DNA of 63,911 nucleotides, counting the filler, from Octopus bimaculoides (lineage: Eukaryota): assembly GCF_001194135.2 (NCBI RefSeq). It is 3 parts of 3 records of this genome, joined end to end, with 100 filler letters (N's around TTAATTAATTAA, not from the genome) between each part and the next. Parts side by side here need not be neighbours in the genome. Positions count along the whole stretch, not along the records: positions 51,893 to 63,911 come from NC_068988.1; 2 more parts are not named here. One strand, 5' to 3'. Positions 55,248-63,911 of this stretch are shown here, piece after piece. How positions within the stretch are numbered: position 1 is the stretch's first letter; each line of letters starts with the position of its first letter. The notes beneath the pieces are model-generated. The model did not search any database. It had not been told where the DNA came from and saw only the letters and a program-made list of their open reading frames with translations. The translations under genes were made by a program, and so were the position numbers.

Positions 55248-55536
55248 CTTACATAGACATAGCACATACAGTTATGGATTGAGTAGGACACAGTCACACG
55301 TAGAGATATACATACACACATGGGAGAGAGAGAAAGAGAAAGACAGAGAAATCGTACAGGGGGAGAGAGGAAAAGAAGGGCAGGGAGTGGAAAAGAGGGG
55401 TGTTGAGAGAAAGAGAGAGAAAGAGAGAGAAAGAGAGAGATAGAGTGAGGTATACACACTCAGGTATACACAGCACGCATACATGTAGACACGATTGTAC
55501 AAACGCAGATAACACGGAGAGGGATATATAAGAAGA

Positions 55537-55579
<43 letters not shown>

Positions 55580-56050
55580 AAATATAGACATAGAGAGAGA
55601 GAGAGGGAGACAGAGAGAGACAGACATACAGACAGACAGATAGGCGGGCAATAGACAAAGAAACAAATGTGGGGAATGAAGACACACACATATACATACG
55701 TACGTTTCTGCGTATACAGGTAACGTATACAAAGATGAATGTAAAGAATAAACAAACGGTGGAAGGAGGTGGGCGGGGAGGATACCCGAACACATCAGTC
55801 ATATATAAACACACATATATACACATACACACATAAATGCGTAGTCAGGTATAAGCATGTCTACACATACACACACACACACACACATACACACATACAC
55901 AAACAATATGTAAAACTGAAAAGACTAATGAGACAGAGAGCCAAAGATAGACACGCACTCAGGTTCGCACACACACACACATGCGCATGCGCATGCGCAC
56001 TCATGCCACTTACATACATACATACTTACATATATATGTATATACATACA

Positions 56051-56084
<34 letters not shown>

Positions 56085-56892
56085 CATATATATATATANN
56101 NNNNNNNNNNNNNNNNNNNNNNNNNNNNNNNNNNNNNNNNNNNNNNNNNNNNNNNNNNNNNNNNNNNNNNNNNNNNNNNNNNNNNNNNNNNNNNNNNNNN
56201 NNNNNNNNNNNNNNNNNNNCGAATCAACTGGGCAACTCGTCGTCGCAATCAATCAAGCACTAGTTTTTAGTGTCTGTGTGTCGGAGGAAAATGCCTTACT
56301 AGAGCTAGGAATTTACTGGTTATGTTAATTGTAACATCCAGAGTGAATGGTGAACTAAACCAAGTTATCTTCTTTTCCAGTTTGTGTCAATGTGTGTGTC
56401 GAGGTTTACCATGCATTCAAACTTCTCAATGAGGCCACTTTTAGCGTGTACATTGTTATAGTAGGGGGCGCTCCTGTTAAAGATTTCCATGTTTGAGAAT
56501 AAATCAAGGACTCTTACTTTTCTAGTCGTGTGTTTAAATCAACCGTAATGTTCAGAGGGTTGGCTACATTTAAGTTAGTAATACTAATCAATCTTCTTAA
56601 ATACTCAAATGAAATTCTTTAAAAATCGATCCCTGCCTAAGTTATATATATTTAAAGAGATTGTCTAGCCATTACATATGCACAACCCAGAACTAGGGAA
56701 GGGTAGAAGGTTTTCTGAGGATACCGAAAAGGAACAATTCCACAAGGATGACTGCCATCTACTCCTTCGTTGATCACCATGCAATAATCGTACAAATGCC
56801 CCACTAGCTTTTGGGTTGGTAATAAGTATCGAACTATAACAGTTACTTTCTAAGGTTTATTATCCTCTTTATTAAAGTGACAAGCTGGAAGG

Positions 56893-57770
56893 ATCATGAG
56901 AGTGCCGGAAAAACTGCTTTGCAGCATTTCATCCGTCTTTACGTTCTGATTTCAAATTCAACTGAAGTTGACTTTGCTTTTCATCCATTCGGGGTCTGTA
57001 AAATATCTAACAAGGTGGGGTGGGGGGAATCTGTCCCCACCCACTTACCGCTCCTTTCTATTCCAGTTTATCTTCCTTTCAATTTAACTTCCTGTAATCC
57101 TCCTCTGTCTTCCTTTCCCTCTCCCTCCTCCAACAAAAAAAAAAACACTCACGCATACACAAAAATAGTACTCAATGTATGTGACAGAGTCCGTTTCTTT
57201 AATTCGATGACTCACTTCGCTGCTTCTCTGGATTTCTCATTCAGGCAGCATAAAGCGATGTAACCGACTTACGCCTCCCCTAAAATTACTGGCCTTGTGT
57301 CATGATTAGAAAGAATCGTTATCTTCTTCATTCAGAGAGGGAAGTGGCTGAGAAGTTAGAACGTTGGGTAGAATGCTATTTGAAATTTGTTCCGACTCAC
57401 TGGTTCAAATCCCACCGAGGTCAACTATGCCTTTTATTCTTTCGGGGGTCAATAAAATAAAGTACCAGTCAAGTAATGGGGTCGATAGTATCAACTAACC
57501 CCCTGCCCTCAAAATTCCTGGCCTCGTGCCGGTGCCATTATTATCTTGTTCATATAAGGCGGCGAGCTGGCAGAAACGTTAGCAGGCCGGGAAAAATGTT
57601 TATGAGCATTTCGTTCGTCTCAACGCTTTGAGTTCAAATTCCGCCGAGGTCTACTTTGCCTTACGGGTCGATAAAATAAGTACTAGGTGGACACTGGTCT
57701 CGGTGTAATTGACTTACCCCGTCCACGAAAATGCTGGCCTTGTGCCAAAATTTGAAGCTATTATTATCTT
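56893..57770 (+). mobile_element. Three family-A SINE monomers (56893-57027, 57335-57535, 57556-57770)
   Basis: Three ttcaaat(t/c)c..gagg/gaagt..gcctt/gctttt cores, all on the + strand. Confidence 0.85.
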
Positions 57771-58017
57771 TTTCATTCAAATGATAAAGAGATTAATGTT
57801 GCCTGAATGAGAAATCCGGAAGAGCAGCGAAGTGAGTCATCGAATTAAAAGAAACGGACTCTGTCACATACATTGAGTACTATTTTCCTTTGTGCCNNNN
57901 NNNNNNNNNNNNNNNNNNNNNNNNNNNNNNNNNNNNNNNNNNNNNNNNNNNNNNNNNNNNNNNNNNNNNNNNNNNNNNNNNNNNNNNNNNNNNNNNNNNN
58001 NNGGGTGGGGACAGATT
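57028..58017. repeat. Long inverted repeat (arms about 57028-57251 and 57796-58017, right arm partly in an N gap)
   Basis: 57162-57251 is the reverse complement of 57796-57886 with few differences; aatctgtccccaccc (57028-42) pairs with gggtggggacagatt just after the gap; gap length roughly matches the missing arm segment. Confidence 0.85.
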
Positions 58018-59024
58018 TAAAATACAGACTCAAAAATAAATCGGAAGATACGAAGACTAGGAGGAAGAAATGGAAGAAATAGCGAAAAGCAGCGAGGAAT
58101 TAATCTAAAATTATATTTTGTAATGAATGTAAAAACGATAGTGGTGGTGGTGGTGGAGAGAAACACAGATATACACATAGACATATAAACACATACATAC
58201 ATACGTACATATATATGTATGTGTATATGTATGTATGTTGTATGTATGTATGTGTGTGTATAGATGTGTGTATGTGTGTGTGTGTTTATATATATGCATG
58301 CATGTATTTTTATATGCATTTACACATGTTTACGTATGTATACGTGTGTGTGTATATGCTTATATGCGTATATGTGTGTAAATACACACTGTGAGCGTAT
58401 GATTGAGAGCTTATAGCAGAGCAAGGGGAAGAAGAAGAAGAAGAAGAAGAAGAAGAAGAAGAAGAAGAAGAAGAAGAAGAAGAAGAAGAAGAAGAAGAAG
58501 AAGAAGAAGAAGAAGAGACACAGAAAGAGAGAGACAAAGAAAGACAAGTTTATATAATATTGTCCATGTTCTTTATATTTTATATTGTTCTGGTATTTCC
58601 TTGCCTCTTTTAGAATTGTTTTGTGTTTGAAGACAACAACCAATGAAGTGTTTGAATATAACCTTACGTTTGTAGTTAGCGCGAACATTTCAAGAATGAA
58701 GAAAGAGAAAGAAAGAGAGTGAGAGAGGCAAAAAAAATCAAGATGGGCGTGCGTATGATTTCTTTTGCTAAAACCTGTCTTTCAACATTAAGATAACATG
58801 ATAGACAACTGGAATTTCACTGAAATAAATAAATTTATATATAAATAAATAAATGCTGCTATGGAATTGTAGGGGAAATTGGCGAAAATGAAGATAGAAA
58901 GGAAAACAGAAAGATAGAAAATGGTGGAAAAGAGAGGAGAATGGAAGACAGAGAAAGGGGGAAGACAGTTACACACGTACAGCAATAATGAAGTTATATG
59001 TATAACTTCCATAAGACGCCTTTC

Positions 59025-59056
<32 letters not shown>

Positions 59057-60902
59057 CATGTATATATATAGANNNNNNNNNNNNNNNNNNNNNNNNNNNN
59101 NNNNNNNNNNNNNNNNNNNNNNNNNNNNNNNNNNNNNNNNNNNNNNNNNNNNNNNNNNNNNNNNNNNNNNNNNNNNNNNNNNNNNNNNNNNNNNNNNNNN
59201 NNNNNNNNNNNNNNNNNNNNNNNNNNNNNNNNNNNNNNNNNNNNNNNNNNNNNNNNNNNNNNNNNNNNNNNNNNNNNNNNNNNNNNNNNNNNNNNNNNNN
59301 NNNNNNNNNNNNNNNNNNNNNNNNNNNNNNNNNNNNNNNNNNNNNNNNNNNNNNNNNNNNNNNNNNNNNNNNNNNNNNNNNNNNNNNNNNNNNNNNNNNN
59401 NNNNNNNNNNNNNNNNNNNNNNNNNNNNNNNNNNNNNNNNNNNNNNNNNNNNNNNNNNNNNNNNNNNNNNNNNNNNNNNNNNNNNNNNNNNNNNNNNNNN
59501 NNNNNNNNNNNNNNNNNNNNNNNNNNNNNNNNNNNNNNNNNNNNNNNNNNNNNNNNNNNNNNNNNNNNNNNNNNNNNNNNNNNNNNNNNNNNNNNNNNNN
59601 NNNNNNNNNNNNNNNNNNNNNNNNNNNNNNNNNNNNNNNNNNNNNNNNNNNNNNNNNNNNNNNNNNNNNNNNNNNNNNNNNNNNNNNNNNNNNNNNNNNN
59701 NNNNNNNNNNNNNNNNNNNNNNNNNNNNNNNNNNNNNNNNNNNNNNNNNNNNNNNNNNNNNNNNNNNNNNNNNNNNNNNNNNNNNNNNNNNNNNNNNNNN
59801 NNNNNNNNNNNNNNNNTATATATATATATATATATACATATATATATACACTCTCTCTAAATATATATGTATACATACGTATGTATGTGTATACATATAT
59901 ATATGTGTATGTACATGTATTTATGTGTGTGTGTTGTGCGCGCGTGTGTGTGCATGCATTTGCATATATATATATATATATGGAAAATCGTGAGAACGAA
60001 GGAGCTTGCTTTAAAATCAAATGATAACGCATATATCCTTAGTCACTTAGGGAAAATGCCCCCCCCCCATAAAACTCCTGAATTTATTTGGTTGCCAGAA
60101 CACAATGCTTTAGTTGAGATGGTTGCCACTCTGGGCAGCGAGACATTTTTATAATCTGTCAGAACACAACTTTAACTGAAATGCTGACAAAACACTAACT
60201 TATATTTTCTACGAATATTTTTGGTTCTGTTCCTCCAGTATATAGTAAGTTGTTATACAACATTCTTGGAACAATAATTTAATCAATAAAATCTGGAAAA
60301 TATTTAAAACTAACGCTGCAAATGTGAAGATTATAAAAGAGTACAAACTAATAGAATCGTCCTTACTTGTTCTCCATAAATGGTAAGATCTAAAATAACG
60401 CAAAGTTTAATTTCATTGGAAATATGTTAGAATGTTTCACGATGTTCGAAGAATTTAACATTATTCCAAGAAGAGAATTTACGCGAATAATTCGCGATGC
60501 CGATAAGCAGAAATGATATTCAAGCTGTTACTAGTTGCTTGATCCCTACCACTTCTGTATGATTTGGTGAGGTATCGTTAATGCTATTTAAGAATGGCTT
60601 AGACAGCATAATTAAGCCTTTATTTATATTTTAAACACAACTTGGAGGTGGGCATTTTGCCAACAAAAATATATGCAAAAGTTATTCCTGTGTTTAAGTC
60701 TAGATATAACAACCCCCAACCTCAGCACTTATCATTCACTTTTTTTTTAATATAAATACCATTGAAAAAAAAAATGATGGTTTCGTAAATCGTTAATTTT
60801 TATAATTCTATACGTCAAATCCTTTAAAAAAAATTAGATCTTAGACAGTTGATGCTAGTGACACTTCATCTAAACCCGAATTATTTATCTGATTGTCAAT
60901 GC

Positions 60903-61163
60903 CAATGATTCTCAACCATGGTCCTTATCAGCCTTGGGGGTTCATATAAGATTAATATTTATGCGCAATAAATTGGTTATATTTCTACAACATACAAAAT
61001 ACGTTAACATTCTTTTATACAATTCTTAATAATATTTAATTATAAAAATAAGGTATTTAATTATAAACATAGGATGTTTTAAACATAGAATGGCTATGAT
61101 AGCCCACCCGAGTTAAAGAAGAATCAAAGCGGTATACAGGCATAAAATGGTTGAGAACCGTTG
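60903..61163. mobile_element. hAT (Charlie-like) MITE (about 260 bp)
   Basis: TIRs caatgattctcaacca / tggttgagaaccgttg; no TSD recognisable; body matches 30552-30734. Confidence 0.8.
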
Positions 61164-61277
61164 GCCGAACCTGAAATTGAAAAAAAAAAAAATGCGTTTT
61201 ATGTCACTAAACTCTAATACTAAAATTATAACACAGCAGCAACGAGCTGGTAAATGTGTTACCGTACCGGACAGAAT

Positions 61278-61866
61278 GCGGCGAGCTGGCAGAAACGTTA
61301 GCACGCCGGGCGAAATGTTTAGCGGCATTTCATCTGTCATTACGTTCTGAGTTCAAATTCCGCCGAGGTCGACTTTGCCTTTCAGCCTTTCGGGGTCGAT
61401 TAAATAAGTACCAGTTACGCACTGGGGTCGATATAATCGACTTAATCCCTTTGTCTGTCCCTTTTTGTCCCCTCTGTGTAGCCCCATTGAGGGTAGTAAA
61501 GAAATAAGAAACGTTGGCACCACGAGCGAAATGTTTAGCTGCATTTCATCTGTCTTTACGTTCTGAGTTCAAATTCCGCCGAGGTCGACTTTGCCTTTCA
61601 GCCTTTCGGGGTTGATAGATTAAGTACCAGTTGCGTACTAGGATCGATCTAATCGACTGGCCCCTCCCGCCAAATTTCGGGCCCTGTGTCTAGAGTGGAA
61701 AATATTTCTTCCGGCTCTTTACGTTCTGAGTTCAAATTCCGCCGAGGTCGACATTGCTTTCATCCTTTCGGGGTCAATAAAATAAGTACCAGTTGAATAC
61801 TGAGGTCGATATAACCGACTTCTCCTTCCCCTCAGAACTGTTAGCCTCGTGCCAAAATTAGAAATC
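61278..61866 (+). mobile_element. Family-A SINE head-to-tail trimer (young)
   Basis: Full monomer 61278-61507, head-truncated monomer from gaaacgttggc 61508-61700, third from about 61701; three near-identical ttacgttctgagttcaaattccgccgaggtcgac cores. Confidence 0.95.
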
Positions 61867-62059
61867 AAATAAGAAAGAACTAGTACCGAAATTGCAGCTC
61901 TGTGCTCGTGATGTCATCTGTTGGTCGATGTTGTTTATGCATTTGAGGACTAGGGAAGATTTTTGAAAAAGCTGAACAGTTACACATGCATGCAATTCTC
62001 TCCTCCTCTACGTCACCAAGAGAAAGGCTACCGACCTGGACCGATACAGCTTAGCGCCA

Positions 62060-62220
62060 GTGTCGTCTCAGAATACAAGAAGCCAGAATAAATACCACAA
62101 GGCACCTTGACCAATTCTCAAACAGTTCCGCCATTCTACGTTTCAACATTGGTCCTTTTTTTTTATCGATCCCGAATGGATGAAGATAAAGTTAACTTTG
62201 GTGGGATTTGAACTCAAAGC
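62060..62220 (-). mobile_element. Family-A SINE fragments
   Basis: ctcagaatacaagaagccagaataaataccacaaggc.. and ttttatcgatcccgaatggatgaag..gggatttgaactc. Confidence 0.7.
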
Positions 62221-62237
62221 GCACTACAAACTCCAGT

Positions 62238-62355
62238 CCTTGATGTGACGTGGTGGCTTGTATGCCTCAGTGATACTAAGAGCTAAGCCAGCGGAGTGCA
62301 AGCTCCTGGTAGCAATTTTGATACTGGACAGGCCAAAGGGCAGAGGCCAGATTAA
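62238..62355 (+). mobile_element. RTE (Rex3/Expander-like) LINE 5' UTR fragment
   Basis: ccttga..gtggtggcttgtatgcctcagtgatactaagagcta..ctcctggtag..ctggacaggccaaagggcagaggccaga resembles RTE 5' ends as I recall them. Confidence 0.6.
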
Positions 62356-62474
62356 CATGGATCATCTCTTCTCAGTGATATAAATGGATTAACGTAGGGC
62401 CAACGGCGCTATCTAGAAATAAAGAAACGTTACAGAAGCATTGATGATAGTTCAAAATCAAAAAGATTTGGAAA

Positions 62475-62630
62475 GGAGTGGCTGTGTGATAAGTAGCTTG
62501 CTTACCAACCACATGGTTCCGGGTTCAGTCCCACTGCGTGGCACCTTGGGCAAGTGTCTTCTACTATAGCCTCGGGCCGCCCAAAGCCTTGTGAGTGGAT
62601 TTGGTAGACGAAACTGAAAGAAGCCCGTCG

Positions 62631-62693
<63 letters not shown>

Positions 62694-62870
62694 CTGTGTT
62701 TGTCCCTCCCACCATCGCTTGACAACCGATGCTGGTTTGTTTACGTCCCCGTAACTTAGCGGTTCAGCAAAAAGAGTCCGATAGAATAAGTCCCGGGGTC
62801 TATTTTCTCGACTAAAGGCGGTGCTCCAGCATGGCCGCAGTCAAATGACTGAAACAAGTAAAAGAGTAAA
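62475..62870 (+). mobile_element. Family-B tRNA-SINE, full-length, young
   Basis: ggagtggctgtgtgataagtagc head to aaacaagtaaaagagtaaa tail; internal (TA)(TG) tract. Confidence 0.95.
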
Positions 62871-63019
62871 GGGCTTAAGCAAGGAGATAAGTAATTCTAT
62901 CCAACTCTCCAACGTCTAAGACAATTCGCCACTTTTGTCCTACGTTACACGGCGTGCATCGAATTAGGGATCTCAAAGTTACACTGTGGATAGAATACGG
63001 TTTCTTGATCTGGGGAACA

Positions 63020-63245
63020 TCTAAACCTTGGGAAACTATTAAAGCGAAATGTGTTACTCAAGGTTCGATACTCAGCCTACTATTATTTACGATCTACAAA
63101 CAGCAGACGATACTGCACTCTGCATGATGATAAAACATAGTTTGAAATACTGAACTGGGAACTAATCAATATGTAATATTTACAATGCTGGCTTTATTTA
63201 AATAAACTGGCCATAAAAACAAAGACAAGCAATTATTGTTTGTTT
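63020..63245 (+). mobile_element. CR1/L2-type LINE RT remnant (motifs 4-5)
   Basis: CVTQGSILSLLLFTIY..ADDTAL corresponds to GVPQGSILGPLLFLIY..ADDT. Confidence 0.8.
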
Positions 63246-63911
63246 AATTCAAGTGCTGGTCGTGGAAGTAGTAGGAGTAACAGTAGTCATAAGACCATTG
63301 CCTGTTCAATGAGTGTAAGTGATACATAGAAGGGACTTCAATGGTTTATTCAATAACTCATCTTTTTCTAAATGATGTAGATGAAGTAGATGACTGATGA
63401 TGATGATGATGATGATGAAGATGAAATTAAGTGGATTCAAGATGTTAATTTAATCAACTTAAAACATTTGAAAAAATCTATCTTTGTTAGAGAAAGATGG
63501 CAAAAGTCCCTAGCAATAAACGCATTTATATGCTTTTATCTCTCCCTCGTGGCGCTACATCTAAATCATTATTATCTAGTTTCGAGGAAAAGAAAACAAA
63601 AAATGCAAGTTAATCGATACGATACTGCACCGAAAATCTTGATAAAAATGGCAATAAGGATGGAACAGAAGAAATATTCCAATAGTCCAAAGTGAACTTT
63701 TGTAGAAGAATTGTGCCGTTTTAACTACAAGAGAATCGTTTCATGACCAACATTACTTCCTTTATAAATAACTTCATAGAATATTTATTGCAAAATCTTT
63801 TCATGAAATGTTTGTAAAAGCTAACAGGACTGGATTATAGACCGTTCTCCGACTAGACAGGATACATATATAAGTGTGTGTGTGTGTGTGTGCGTGTGTG
63901 TGTGTGTGTGT

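Noticed and set aside
56720-56800. KGTIPQG*L segment resembling RT motif 4
   Set aside because: Single short motif with no flanking RT motifs recognised.

Overview
AT-rich, microsatellite-dense eukaryotic genomic DNA. The tRNA-derived SINE repertoire and the density of (TA)/(CA)/(TACA)/(GA) tracts suggest an octopod cephalopod (inference only). The window joins three scaffold pieces (1-21241, 21342-51792, 51893-63911) with artificial 100-bp N44-TTAATTAATTAA-N44 spacers and has many other N gaps. Almost every ORF in the supplied track is a microsatellite or gap artefact, and I recognise no complete host gene. Best supported are mobile elements: at least three tRNA-SINE families (many copies, dimers/trimers, nested insertions), RTE- and CR1/L2-type LINE remnants, Tc1/mariner and Gypsy fragments, and Tc1- and hAT-type MITEs. 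Splice-signal-bounded candidate exons suggest a + strand gene ending near 7.9 kb, an unidentified - strand gene over about 23.2-9.65 kb, and scattered exons further right. Most interesting: a CpG-decay boundary readable in SINE copies, a recurrent SINE dimer, a ~220-bp-arm foldback, an ETS/TATA/Inr promoter with a short first exon, and candidate micro-exons.
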